Source of the DNA: Candidatus Spyradenecus sp.
GTDB lineage: Bacteria; Verrucomicrobiota; Verrucomicrobiia; Opitutales; UBA953
Assembly: GCA_045535075.1 (NCBI GenBank)
Contig: JAZSKX010000014.1
Coordinates: 1 to 64,000, forward strand
Length of the DNA: 64,000 bases
Direction: 5' to 3'
Of the stretch, positions 1 through 9,501 are shown one piece after another. The position numbers were made by a program, and so were the translations under genes. The notes under the pieces were generated by a model, which was given only the letters and a program-made list of their open reading frames with translations, made no database searches and had not been told where the DNA came from. The stretch's first letter is position 1. Each line of letters begins with the position of its first letter.

Positions 1-712
1 CCAACCCTTCCAATGGTCGTCCGAAGTTTACGACTCCGAACTCGACCTTGTTTACTACAACTACCGCCACTACTCCCCCTCGCTCGGCCGCTTCCTCTCC
101 CGCGACCCCATCGAGGAGCAAGGAGGGTTGAATCTGTATGCATTCGTGAAGAATAAGGTAGATGGTGTTTTCGATTGGAAAGGGTTGTTTCTTTGGCCTT
201 GGGAAACTCATGATTTAGACATAGATGATAAGTGGCATACGGACATAAGTAATTATATCTTGAAGAAGGATGATCTTGCTATAATTCCGTTTGATTCAGT
301 CGTCTTTAATATAAGCGTAAAATGCAAAAACGAATGCTATCTTGACGAGCGATCTGTAAGGAGAAAAACGTGGAATTTTTCTTCGGTAGAGGTAGATATA
401 ATCATAAATATTTATCTTCGTTCAGAGCAATGGTATGAAGCTCATGGGTTTAAGAATAAGATTGCGAAGATTAAGTCTAATGAAGAAGAACACCTCCAAG
501 ACTATATATCATGGAGCAATGGAACTGGGATTAATCTCCTAAAAGAAAAGGCAAATCCCTCAAAATTTTCTGATTTTAATAGCGAAAGTCGCTGTGTCTC
601 GGAAGTGAGAAATGAAATTTTGACTTCTTTGAGGGTTTCTCTGCACAATGCTTTTATTGATAGCAAGAGAAAGTATGATCTTTCCGGGCTACATACAATT
701 TACAAAGACTAG
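1..712 (+). CDS. Rhs (YD-repeat) protein, 3' end: core end plus C-terminal toxin domain 1 (5'-partial)
   Basis: Frame 2 from base 2 reads QPFQWSSEVYDSELDLVYYNYRHYSPSLGRFLSRDPIEEQGGLNLYAFVKN...DWKG (Rhs-associated core with DxxG boundary), then an AT-rich variable C-terminal domain. Confidence 0.9.
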   Translation, partial: QPFQWSSEVYDSELDLVYYNYRHYSPSLGRFLSRDPIEEQGGLNLYAFVKNKVDGVFDWKGLFLWPWETHDLDIDDKWHTDISNYILKKDDLAIIPFDSVVFNISVKCKNECYLDERSVRRKTWNFSSVEVDIIINIYLRSEQWYEAHGFKNKIAKIKSNEEEHLQDYISWSNGTGINLLKEKANPSKFSDFNSESRCVSEVRNEILTSLRVSLHNAFIDSKRKYDLSGLHTIYKD

Positions 713-718
713 CTTCTT

Positions 719-1309
719 GTGAAATTTTTTATTTTATTGCCCTTGCTGTTTTTCTCCGCCTGTATCCCTCGGGCGAGAATTGTTTCGTCTGAAGATTATA
801 TGCGTTCTCGGGAAAGTGATATTCGCTTGAACGATAATCTGAGACACTTAAAAATTATTGTTAAAGAGGCGCAGTTCGCCGAGCGGGAATTGTACATTTC
901 CGGCTATATTCAAAATGTTTCGGAAGAAGAAATGGCTTGTTTGCGGTCGGTAGATTGGAGCTACGGCAGAGTAGCGATTAATAAAAAATCAACGTTTCCT
1001 GAGATGCCAAAACTCGTTTTGCTCTGGGAAAATTTCTGCTTTAAAAAGCATGGTGGCGGTTGGATCCCGATATTCGAAGATGTTGATTGTAGAAATGTAT
1101 TTTGGGGGCAAAAGGCGCGAATACAACCTCGAGCGAAGGTTCCCTTCATATTGCACCTCTCTTTCCCAGCCGGATTCTCGCCTAAGGATTTTGAAAAATC
1201 GCTCTTCAAATTGTCTTACCCCATGTGTTCCTCTCAAGCAGACCTATCGCCTTCATGCCTGTTAGGTTCCAACGAATTTTCCATTAACCCCATTTGCAAA
1301 GAGAAATGA
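719..1309 (+). CDS. Putative immunity lipoprotein A for Rhs-CT1
   Basis: Directly follows the toxin CT; signal peptide with lipobox MKFFILLPLLFFSA-C. Confidence 0.7.
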   Translation: MKFFILLPLLFFSACIPRARIVSSEDYMRSRESDIRLNDNLRHLKIIVKEAQFAERELYISGYIQNVSEEEMACLRSVDWSYGRVAINKKSTFPEMPKLVLLWENFCFKKHGGGWIPIFEDVDCRNVFWGQKARIQPRAKVPFILHLSFPAGFSPKDFEKSLFKLSYPMCSSQADLSPSCLLGSNEFSINPICKEK

Positions 1310-1929
1310 AATATTTTTCCCTTTTGGTGTTTACTGCATTGCTTTCTGCATGTCACAGCGAATATTCAGAAAGTGAGTACAAAATGAGCGAGATTGAGGA
1401 GTCTGTTTATTTAGCGGATACAGGCTGTTTAAAACTTTATGTAATTTCGGCATTTTTTAATGACTACGATGAAATTGAAATTCTCGGTTATATTGAAAAT
1501 ATTTCCGAAGAAAAATTTGTCCGTCTCTATCTTGCCGATGACTATTTGTGTTGGGGAGAAAACGAACGGAACGACACAGAAAGCCTAAGTCTCATCCAGT
1601 TGTGGTGGGAAAATTTTCTCTTCGTGAAAGACAACGATCGGTGGAATGTCCTTTGGGAAAACCCTCCCAAAGACTCTCAATTTCGCTCTTCTTACGTCAT
1701 GATTCAGCCGCGAGCAAAACTCTCTTTTCGAATAACGCGTTTGCCGGTAAATGGTGTTTATGCGGGGGGCTACCCGGAAAGGCGATTAGAAAAATTGAAA
1801 AATGCTGATTTTAAAATCATTTACGACATGGGACAATTCCTTCCAGAAAAAGAAAAAGGAAATTCAAACAAATCCTTAGAATCCAATGTTTTTAAGATAA
1901 TGCCTACCGAAAAAAGTCACCCCTTATGA
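1306..1929 (+). CDS. Putative immunity lipoprotein B, paralogue of 719-1309
   Basis: ATGA overlap with previous gene; lipobox LLSA-C; shares GYIxNxSEE, WENF, IQPRAK and SNxFxIxP blocks with the preceding protein. Confidence 0.7.
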   Translation: MKYFSLLVFTALLSACHSEYSESEYKMSEIEESVYLADTGCLKLYVISAFFNDYDEIEILGYIENISEEKFVRLYLADDYLCWGENERNDTESLSLIQLWWENFLFVKDNDRWNVLWENPPKDSQFRSSYVMIQPRAKLSFRITRLPVNGVYAGGYPERRLEKLKNADFKIIYDMGQFLPEKEKGNSNKSLESNVFKIMPTEKSHPL

Positions 1930-3110
1930 CTTCTTCTTTTTCTAATTTAGCGTTGAAAAAATACTGTACGCAGAAAAACGCCGAGACGGGAACGGTAATC
2001 ACGATGACGTTTGATTCGCAGGGACGACGCACGGAATATAAATCCGTGACAAACGGCGTTCAAAACACATGGCTACGCTTCCTCTACGACGGCTATCTGT
2101 GTATCCAAGTTTTGTATTCAAATGCACCTTACAATGTGTTTAAGGAGTTCGTTTGGGATCCGACGGAACCCGTTGCGACGCGTCCGCTCGTCTTCCGCTA
2201 CGCGCCGAACAACCTGAATCTGTTCTACGCTTTCGACGGGAACAAAAATGTTTCCGACGTGTTCTATCGCTTAAACTCAAACGGCATCGGAGCTCACTAC
2301 GACTACGCCCCCTTCGGCGCGGTAACGGAATCCGGCGACGTTTCCCAACCCTTCCAATGGTCGTCCGAAGTTTACGACTCCGAACTCGACCTTGTTTACT
2401 ACAACTACCGCCACTATTCGCCTTCGCTCGGCCGCTTCCTCTCCCGCGACCCGATCGAGGAGCAAGGCGGCCTGAATCTGTATGCTTGCATGGGAAATCA
2501 ACCGGTTTCCATTACTGATTGTTTAGGATATGCAAAGCTAGAGGATGTTCTTGAAATGCTAACTTTAATAGAGCTTGCTCGGGAAAGATGTTTTAAATGT
2601 AAAAAAGTCGTTTCTATTCTAGGGAATTTAGAGGACGAAATTTACGAAGAAAATGAAGAGAGTATAGGCGAAATTATGCCTCTGGTTAGGGATTTCACTA
2701 GTGCAATTTCCGTGTATACGAACGGGAAAAAGAAAGTCGTCGATTTTACTGTGTTTTTGGAAGATGTTTTCGGGAAAGAAAGTATTAACAAAGACGCGTT
2801 AAAAGATCTCAGCGGTGGGCTTGGGCGTGTAACGAATATCCTGAACAAGATTAGTGCAATTTCGGATTTCGGAGATTCTCTTAGAAGAAAAGACGGGTTG
2901 GATTTGTTTCTGACAGTAACAAATCAGTTTCCCGTGACGCAAATTCTAACAGGACATCTTCGCGATGCTTATCGAAGTGCCTTGGAGTGGAGTCGAAATA
3001 TGAAATATATTCCTAACAATAAGATGTTGATTCGAGAAGCGCGGAAAGCATGTCGAGAGCGTAACGGGTGTTGCACAGCTGAAACAATTTTAGTGGGATT
3101 GAAAAAATGA
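1926..3110 (+). CDS. Orphan Rhs module: partial core plus C-terminal toxin domain 2
   Basis: YD-type repeats and core YYNYRHYSPSLGRFLSRDP...ITDCLG followed by a variable CT; no full N-terminal region. Confidence 0.85.
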   Translation: MTSSFSNLALKKYCTQKNAETGTVITMTFDSQGRRTEYKSVTNGVQNTWLRFLYDGYLCIQVLYSNAPYNVFKEFVWDPTEPVATRPLVFRYAPNNLNLFYAFDGNKNVSDVFYRLNSNGIGAHYDYAPFGAVTESGDVSQPFQWSSEVYDSELDLVYYNYRHYSPSLGRFLSRDPIEEQGGLNLYACMGNQPVSITDCLGYAKLEDVLEMLTLIELARERCFKCKKVVSILGNLEDEIYEENEESIGEIMPLVRDFTSAISVYTNGKKKVVDFTVFLEDVFGKESINKDALKDLSGGLGRVTNILNKISAISDFGDSLRRKDGLDLFLTVTNQFPVTQILTGHLRDAYRSALEWSRNMKYIPNNKMLIREARKACRERNGCCTAETILVGLKK

Positions 3111-3388
3111 GATGTCTTCTATTCTTCTGTATAGTGTCCGTTTGTGTGCGTGCTTCAACTTTTGATTTTTCAAAAACACTTCTTGAGCAGAGCACTTGTT
3201 CTATCTCCGGAGCTTATCAAAATAATGGTATTTTTCTCGAATGGGACAATGTGAATTCTTCGGGAGAAGAATCTTATTGTGCCCTCACGATGAATCCGTA
3301 TGGCGATGAGAGATTTATCCGATTTGTCTTCAAGGAACGTCCTATTTTTTTAAGGGAACTATATACAAAACTACACGGGGAGAGGTAA
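3107..3388 (+). CDS. Putative immunity protein for CT2 (exported, possibly truncated)
   Basis: ATGA overlap with the CT2 stop; hydrophobic N-terminal signal-like segment. Confidence 0.5.
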   Translation: MRCLLFFCIVSVCVRASTFDFSKTLLEQSTCSISGAYQNNGIFLEWDNVNSSGEESYCALTMNPYGDERFIRFVFKERPIFLRELYTKLHGER

Positions 3389-3712
3389 ATGAAAAACTTA
3401 CAAAAAGGGGTTAAGAATAAGCTCTCCAAATGGTCTGATGTTTGCAAGGATGATAATAATCCTCCGTGTTCTCCTCCTTATCCATCGTGGGCAGATGAGC
3501 TCTCGAATAAATATATTCCGGAGCCGGTTTATCCGCAATCACCGCCGTTATCAATTTGGGATATGATTGTTATCGGGGCAGGGCTTGGAGCCGCAACAGC
3601 ACTCGCAGGAGGACAGGCTGGTCCACAAGTGTTACTTCCTGAAGAGATTGTTACAGTTCCAGTGGGAGCCGTAATAGGCGGTGTTGTTGGTGCGATAAAT
3701 TATCTGTGGTAG
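3389..3712 (+). CDS. Probable detached toxin C-terminal fragment with Pro-rich linker and Gly-rich hydrophobic tail
   Basis: PPCSPPYP...GAGLGAATALAGG...GAVIGGVVGA; lies within the cassette array with no Rhs core of its own. Confidence 0.45.
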   Translation: MKNLQKGVKNKLSKWSDVCKDDNNPPCSPPYPSWADELSNKYIPEPVYPQSPPLSIWDMIVIGAGLGAATALAGGQAGPQVLLPEEIVTVPVGAVIGGVVGAINYLW

Positions 3713-3718
3713 GTTTTT

Positions 3719-4132
3719 ATGAAAAAAGCAATGCTCAGGCTGAAACTAGAGATTATAGAGGCGTTTCCCACAGGCGGTTTCGTTGAAAAACCTCTACTCT
3801 CTCGTGATTATTTAGACTTATGTTACGCCATGTCTCGCCTCAGGTTTTCGGATGCGCTCAAGATATTACCGACAGTATTATTGAAAGAGACCGAGCTTGT
3901 TTTAAAAGGGCTTGAGGGGTCATACGGAGACGGGATTATTTATTGGTTAGAAGGATTGGATTCACGTTCCGAGCTGTGCCTATTGACGTCGAGGCAACTT
4001 TCTCTACTAATACAATGGATACATTTTGTTGCGACACCTCTCTATGGAGAAACAGTAAGGAGTAGTATTAATACGGCTCTGAAAAAACTTAACGAATCTC
4101 TCCTGTATGTACTAAACAACGATAAATGTTAA
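3719..4132 (+). CDS. Putative immunity protein (helical, Leu-rich)
   Basis: 137-aa ORF immediately after the putative CT fragment; AT-rich composition. Confidence 0.5.
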   Translation: MKKAMLRLKLEIIEAFPTGGFVEKPLLSRDYLDLCYAMSRLRFSDALKILPTVLLKETELVLKGLEGSYGDGIIYWLEGLDSRSELCLLTSRQLSLLIQWIHFVATPLYGETVRSSINTALKKLNESLLYVLNNDKC

Positions 4133-4403
4133 AATCCAAGAATTCCTATTCCATGGATAATTTTGCCCTTAAAATTAAGATAAAACATATTCTGTTCTTT
4201 TGTGTAGATAAATTGGCAAGAAACTATGTTGTTACAAACATGTGGAATATAAATTTCTGTTACCATGAAAAACGAAATCGATGAAGTATATGATTTCACT
4301 TATTGGAATGGAGGGGAATTATACTGCTTTGTGGAATAACTGCCGTGATTTTTCGGCAAATTTGTTTGATTATCTTAGCCTGAAGAATTTCGAAGGACCA
4401 CTC

Positions 4404-4768
4404 ATGAAAGTTATTAACCTCTTAGCTTCACTCCTCTTCCTATCTGCTTGTACAGGGAGAGTATCTCCGGAGAAAATAGCGGGGCTTAATTTTTACATTG
4501 ATAATCAGTTCGTGTACGAGCCGATACTAACAGTAGATTCACGCATGAATATTTGAAAGATTGCACAGGTGTATACGACTTTGCGACCTATGCCCCTCCG
4601 GTTTTTGTATTTAGGAATGAACATGTCGCTATTTATTTTTATAGAGAGGGCTTAGTTACAACCATTTTGGGCGTAACATCGTCGGAGTCTCTTCAAATCC
4701 GCAGGTCTACTACGAAATCAGAGCAACTTTTATACAACGAGTTTGTTTGTAAATATCTGAACCTGTAA
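4404..4768 (+). pseudogene. Frameshifted orphan immunity lipoprotein
   Basis: Lipobox MKVINLLASLLFLSA-C from 4404 stops at 4556, while an overlapping frame stays open from about 4510 to 4768. Confidence 0.45.
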
Positions 4769-4779
4769 ATGATTCTAAC

Positions 4780-6231
4780 ATGTTAAATGCACAGATGAAT
4801 CCTTCTCAAACTGGCACGACGCAAAATGATACATTCGGCTATAACTCGCGGAGCGAACTCGTTTCTGCGACGCTCGGGAACGATAATTATTCCTACGGCT
4901 TCGACGCCATCGGCAACCGCGCAACTTCCTCTGAAGCGGGAACGGCACTCGCCTACACGGCAAACAATCTCAATCAGTACACGGAAATTTGCTCGGTAGA
5001 GCCGATTCAACAGACGGCAACGCCGTCGGCTCAGCTCTCAGCTCTTCAGCTTTCGTATGACGCCGACGGGAACGCTACGCTGATTCGCACGTCCGCGGGA
5101 ACGTGGTCGATCACCTACAACGGCGCGAATCGTCCTGTGCGTTTCCGTAATGAAGAAACGGATACAACGGTTGAATGCGGCTACGATTCGCAAGGTCGGC
5201 GTTACTTCAAAAAAGTAACCGTCGCGGGAACGGTAACGCTTCACCACCGCTACATCTATCGCGGTTATTTGCAAATTGCCTGCGTGGATTGCACGCGTTC
5301 CGGGCATCCGGCGCTTTGGTTCGGCACCTGGGATCCGTTGCAAGCGACGCCGACGCGTCCGCTCGCGATTCAAAAAGACGGCACGTGGTTCACCTACGGC
5401 TACGACCTCACGAAAAACATCTGCGAAGTCTTCGGTCCCGCCGGCTACATCCGCACGGCGTATTCCTACGCTCCCTTCGGGAACGTAACGGAATCCGGCG
5501 ACGTCTCCCAACCCTTCCAATGGTCATCGGAACACTACGATTCCGAGCTCGCTCTCGTGTACTACAACTTCCGCCACTACTCGCCCTCGCTCGGTCGCTT
5601 CCTCTCCCGCGACCCCATCGCCGAACAAGGCGGCCTCAATCTCTACGCCTTCGTGAGAAATACACCAACAAAAACAATTGATTTATACGGGCAAGCAGAG
5701 CCTTCTTTGGGTCGACATGTCGGTCCGGACTGGTTACGAGAGCTCTTAGGGGTGCCAGATGAAGATCTTACGGAATGGTTTTTTCGTCGCTTCCCGAATG
5801 CTCTTGAATTTGCAAAATCAAAAATGCGAGAAACGTTATCATCTAAGATCTGCGCCAATAATGGAGCTTCGACAATGCCAAATGATTCCACAACTTGGGC
5901 CTTTGGTGCAGACGACTTTGCAAAGTATGGTGATGAAAACATGAGCTTTTATGAAGAATATCTACTAATGGGGCATTTTAGTGTTCGCACGAAAGATATT
6001 GCTGTTATATGGGCGAATAAATGTGAGTTTTCATGGACAGCAACTTTCTATCTGGAGGATCAGACAGGTTCTACGTTCCCGTCTTTAAAAGACAAGCTTC
6101 CCGCATTCCTTTACGACTTAGTTATACATTCCTACCCAATCCTAACGTACATATTTTGGCCGAGAACGGTTATTATGGGAGAATGGGAAGATTCTGGTTC
6201 CGGATGTTGTCCGGAAAAGGAGAATAAATGA
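4780..6231 (+). CDS. Orphan Rhs module: partial core plus C-terminal toxin domain 3
   Basis: YD repeats (YGFDAIGNR, YDADGN, YDSQGRR) and core ...RDPIAEQGGLNLYAFVRN...TIDLYG, then CT. Confidence 0.9.
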   Translation: MLNAQMNPSQTGTTQNDTFGYNSRSELVSATLGNDNYSYGFDAIGNRATSSEAGTALAYTANNLNQYTEICSVEPIQQTATPSAQLSALQLSYDADGNATLIRTSAGTWSITYNGANRPVRFRNEETDTTVECGYDSQGRRYFKKVTVAGTVTLHHRYIYRGYLQIACVDCTRSGHPALWFGTWDPLQATPTRPLAIQKDGTWFTYGYDLTKNICEVFGPAGYIRTAYSYAPFGNVTESGDVSQPFQWSSEHYDSELALVYYNFRHYSPSLGRFLSRDPIAEQGGLNLYAFVRNTPTKTIDLYGQAEPSLGRHVGPDWLRELLGVPDEDLTEWFFRRFPNALEFAKSKMRETLSSKICANNGASTMPNDSTTWAFGADDFAKYGDENMSFYEEYLLMGHFSVRTKDIAVIWANKCEFSWTATFYLEDQTGSTFPSLKDKLPAFLYDLVIHSYPILTYIFWPRTVIMGEWEDSGSGCCPEKENK

Positions 6232-6662
6232 AGAAGGGATTAGTGATTGCCCTTGTGTTAATTCCTGTGTTGTTCGTTATAGTTTCGGCCTTGTGGAGGG
6301 AACCATTGTCGGAACTATCGCCAGAGCGAAATTACACAATACTAAAAAGTAAAGATTCTTGGAGTCTACTGGGAGGAGGACAGAGTCGCAAGTACCTGCT
6401 TCAAATAGATAATCCCGATCAATTCAAAAAGGATTGCGATGCGTTCTTTTCAGTAGGCAATGGAAACAGTGATGCTTATTTCTATTGTGCTCTTTTTTTT
6501 GAAGATGCATCGGTATTTTCTGCGGGTTATGATGGAGCTCGATTTTCTTTTAAGTCGTTAAAGATGTGGAAAAACGAGAGGGATTTGCAGGTTTTGTGGA
6601 GATGTATATTTAGTGAGAACAAAAAATACTGTTATATCGAATGGATTAACCTAAAAAATTAA
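6228..6662 (+). CDS. Putative immunity protein for CT3 (N-terminal membrane anchor)
   Basis: ATGA-type overlap with CT3; N-terminal hydrophobic helix GLVIALVLIPVLFVIV. Confidence 0.65.
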   Translation: MKKGLVIALVLIPVLFVIVSALWREPLSELSPERNYTILKSKDSWSLLGGGQSRKYLLQIDNPDQFKKDCDAFFSVGNGNSDAYFYCALFFEDASVFSAGYDGARFSFKSLKMWKNERDLQVLWRCIFSENKKYCYIEWINLKN

Positions 6663-6670
6663 TTTTATTT

Positions 6671-7402
6671 GTGAAAATGACTCGAAGCCACTACTCGCCC
6701 TCACTCGGTCGCTTCCTCTTCCGCGACCCCATCGCCGAACAAGGCGGTAGAAATCTGTATGCATTTGTAAAGAATGTAACGATTTCTCGTATAGATGAGT
6801 ATGGTTTACTTGATCCGTTCTGGGGTGGTGGTTGTGGAATTGGTAATAGAGGGTGTAGGACGGATCCGGACGGAACGTACCATCCACCTGGACCGCATTG
6901 GGATGATCAAATAAATCCAGGAGGGTGTCGCGGAGACAGTGGAGAGGCAGATTATAGAAAATGGTTTGATCAACGGTTTCCCGGCACGATGGCCGCTGCA
7001 AGAAATTTTCTCCAAGGCAAAATATCTGTAGCTTTAGGAGGTTTTTGTGAAACATATTCTGTCCCATCTATTTACTGTCGAGTTGGACCAACTCCTGCAG
7101 GAAAGGATGAGAAGAACTATTTGGGTAATTTTGATAAGTTTGGAGACGAAACAGAGAGCTGGCTTGAAGAGCATACAATGATTGAGAATTTCTCTGTACA
7201 TTTGGATTTCAAGATAACACCAATTGGGAACCACAAATTTTCATGGTCTGCGTCTGCTGTTGTTTGGGAAGATGCGGGAACGTCTTATACGGATAATGAT
7301 CTATTTTTCTTTCTTGCGTGGTTTTGTAAGAAGCGACGGGTGAAGATGGGTGAATGGTTTCTCGGAATCGGAGAAATAGATTGTTGCCAAAGTGAAAAAT
7401 AA
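6671..7402 (+). CDS. Minimal orphan Rhs stub plus C-terminal toxin domain 4
   Basis: HYSPSLGRFLFRDPIAEQGGRNLYAFVKN...RIDEYG then a CT homologous to CT3. Confidence 0.85.
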   Translation: MKMTRSHYSPSLGRFLFRDPIAEQGGRNLYAFVKNVTISRIDEYGLLDPFWGGGCGIGNRGCRTDPDGTYHPPGPHWDDQINPGGCRGDSGEADYRKWFDQRFPGTMAAARNFLQGKISVALGGFCETYSVPSIYCRVGPTPAGKDEKNYLGNFDKFGDETESWLEEHTMIENFSVHLDFKITPIGNHKFSWSASAVVWEDAGTSYTDNDLFFFLAWFCKKRRVKMGEWFLGIGEIDCCQSEK

Positions 7403-7790
7403 CGACATGAAAGCATTCGTTTATGTATTTGGAGTTTTTACTCTCTTATTATTATACTCCTTGCACATCGCCAACCATAATGAAGAAGAAAATGCTTGGC
7501 GAAATACGTACATTTCGCAATTGATTCCATTCGAAAAATTAGAGCAAATCTCGGTCAACGCTACGGGGTTCTTACAATCCCAAACATGTTCGATAGTCGC
7601 AAGAATATCAGAAAACGAAAATCTAGATGAAATACTGGATGTATTGAGAAATGCCGAATTTGATGAAATTAAGGAGACAGAAGAGCATTTATTTTGTTCT
7701 ATCAACCATCCGATCAGCCCGCATTACCCGTTATTTATCGTGTTTTCAAAAGAAATAAGAGTCGTTTATGTTCGTTGGTTTCATTTATGA
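7392..7790 (+). CDS. Putative immunity protein for CT4 (N-terminal membrane anchor)
   Basis: Overlaps the CT4 stop; hydrophobic AFVYVFGVFTLLLLY. Confidence 0.65.
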   Translation: MKNNDMKAFVYVFGVFTLLLLYSLHIANHNEEENAWRNTYISQLIPFEKLEQISVNATGFLQSQTCSIVARISENENLDEILDVLRNAEFDEIKETEEHLFCSINHPISPHYPLFIVFSKEIRVVYVRWFHL

Positions 7791-8071
7791 AGAGTAAAGA
7801 TAGCGGTTCCTACAACGGCGCGAATCGTCCGGTGTGTTTCCGTAATGAAGAAACGGACACAACGGTTGACTGCGGCTACGATTCGCAAGGTCGGCGCTAC
7901 TTCAAAAAAGTAACGGTCGCGGGAACGGATGTTGTCTTGCGAAACTATACTTACGACGTGGTCTCAGTTCTTCGGCTTTCGCGTATGACGCCGGCGGGAA
8001 CAGTTTCACGCGTCTTTATTGAAAAGTCTTTTTTGGGCTTTTTGATTATTGCGGGAGCTTTTGTTCCGTAA
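7787..8071 (+). pseudogene. Rhs core remnant
   Basis: 7809-7928 is a near-identical copy of 5114-5233 (YNGANRPV.FRNEETDTTV.CGYDSQGRRYFKKVTVAGT); no CT follows. Confidence 0.7.
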
Positions 8072-8203
8072 TTTATTCAGTGTGCTTTATGATGAGACAA
8101 TACAGGCGTCAAATTGCCTTAAAATCGGCGTGAAATTTTCCGGAGATTTTGATTTAATCCGTTTCTCTAAACACAGCTAATCTTCATTTTAATTATTCCC
8201 CGC

Positions 8204-9352
8204 ATGATCAAAAAATACTTCAAATCTCAGTTTAACTGCGAACCGACGGCAATCGCCAAAGCCCCCGGTCGCCTTGAATTCATCGGCAATCACGTCGATT
8301 ACAACCAGGGGATCGTTATGGGCGTCGCGATTGAAAACCACATTACGGTGGCGGTTTCGATGCGCGACGACGACGAAATCCACATGGCATCCGAAGGCTT
8401 GCATTGCTTTGGGAAAGTTAAGCTTTCCGAAGTCGTCCTTCAGGAGAAAAAACAGAAATTCATGAATTATCCGCTCGGCGTTTTTGCGATGTTGCGCGAA
8501 GCCGGAATGAAGGCGGACAAAGGGTTTAATCTTGCCGACACTTCCACGGTTCCGACGGGAGCGGGTGTCAGCTCATCTGCTGCGATTGAGCTCGCGACGG
8601 CCTATGCGCTTTGCAAACTTTATAATTTCCCGCTTTCGAAAATCGATACGGTGCGTATCGGCAAGGCGGCGGAAAATAAGTTTGTCGGGATGCCGTGCGG
8701 AATTCTTGACCAAGGAGTCTCCGGTTTCGGAGAAAAAGACGCGATTGTGCGCATTGATTGCAAGACGGAAGCATTTTCGACGCTTCCGCTTCCTGCGGGA
8801 ACGTATTTTTGGGTCTTTAATTCCGGGGTTAAACACGCGCTTGTTGCCGGCGATTATGCCAAACGCCACGCGTCTTGCATGGAAGCCAAGGACGTTCTCG
8901 GGAAATACAATCCGGCGATTACTTGCCTTGCCGATGCGACGGTCAGTGCTGTTGAGGCGAACAAATCGAAACTTTCTGCGGAAACGTTTAATCGAGCGCT
9001 TCACGTTGTCGGCGAAAATCAGCGTGTTATCGAAATGGAGCATGCGCTTGCCGTAGGAGATCTTCCCGCTGTCGGGGATTTGATGAAGGCGTCGCACATG
9101 AGCTCGCGTTTTCTCTTTGAAAATTCCTGTACGGAAATCGATTTCCTGGTAACGGAACTTTCTGCGCAGAAGAACGTTTACGGAGCGCGCCTTTCCGGCG
9201 GCGGCTTCGGCGGGATTGCAATTGCATTGACCAACGGAGATTTTTCCGAGGCGCAAGCGAAGGAAGTCGCAGAAAAATTCCACGAAAAATTCGGTTCTTA
9301 CCCGAAATATTTCCGTACGACGACCGGGCCCGGCGCAGGCATTGTCGAATAA
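8204..9352 (+). CDS. galK: Galactokinase
   Basis: APGRLEFIGNHVDYN, PTGAGVSSSAA, CGILDQ and GARLSGGGFGG GHMP kinase motifs. Confidence 0.92.
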   Translation: MIKKYFKSQFNCEPTAIAKAPGRLEFIGNHVDYNQGIVMGVAIENHITVAVSMRDDDEIHMASEGLHCFGKVKLSEVVLQEKKQKFMNYPLGVFAMLREAGMKADKGFNLADTSTVPTGAGVSSSAAIELATAYALCKLYNFPLSKIDTVRIGKAAENKFVGMPCGILDQGVSGFGEKDAIVRIDCKTEAFSTLPLPAGTYFWVFNSGVKHALVAGDYAKRHASCMEAKDVLGKYNPAITCLADATVSAVEANKSKLSAETFNRALHVVGENQRVIEMEHALAVGDLPAVGDLMKASHMSSRFLFENSCTEIDFLVTELSAQKNVYGARLSGGGFGGIAIALTNGDFSEAQAKEVAEKFHEKFGSYPKYFRTTTGPGAGIVE

Positions 9353-9370
9353 GCGCAATTCTCCCGAAAG

Positions 9371-9405
9371 GCGTTCCCGCAGTTTGCTTGCGGGAACGCT
9401 TTTTA
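9371..9405 (+). terminator. Rho-independent terminator made of an inverted pair of the GCGGGAACG motif
   Basis: gcgttcccgca-gtttgct-tgcgggaacgc-ttttt after the galK stop. Confidence 0.85.
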
Positions 9406-9501
9406 TTACGGTATCGAATTGATGTGTTCTTCCGTTGAAAACAGAAAGCAAAGCCATTATCTTTTCACGATAATTAGAAAAATCCGCTACTGTTTCCGTC
9501 C

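Larger units (their letters stand above)
1..6775 (+). repeat. Four dispersed direct copies of the Rhs core 3' end (about 1-150, 2345-2490, 5508-5655, 6687-6775)
   Basis: Near-identical DNA (ccaacccttccaatggtc... / ...cgcttcctctcccgcgaccc) directly before each CT. Confidence 0.9.

Noticed and set aside
1..8071. Prophage or IS-bounded island
   Set aside because: No integrase, transposase, phage gene or terminal repeat is visible; the structure is explained by Rhs cassette recombination.
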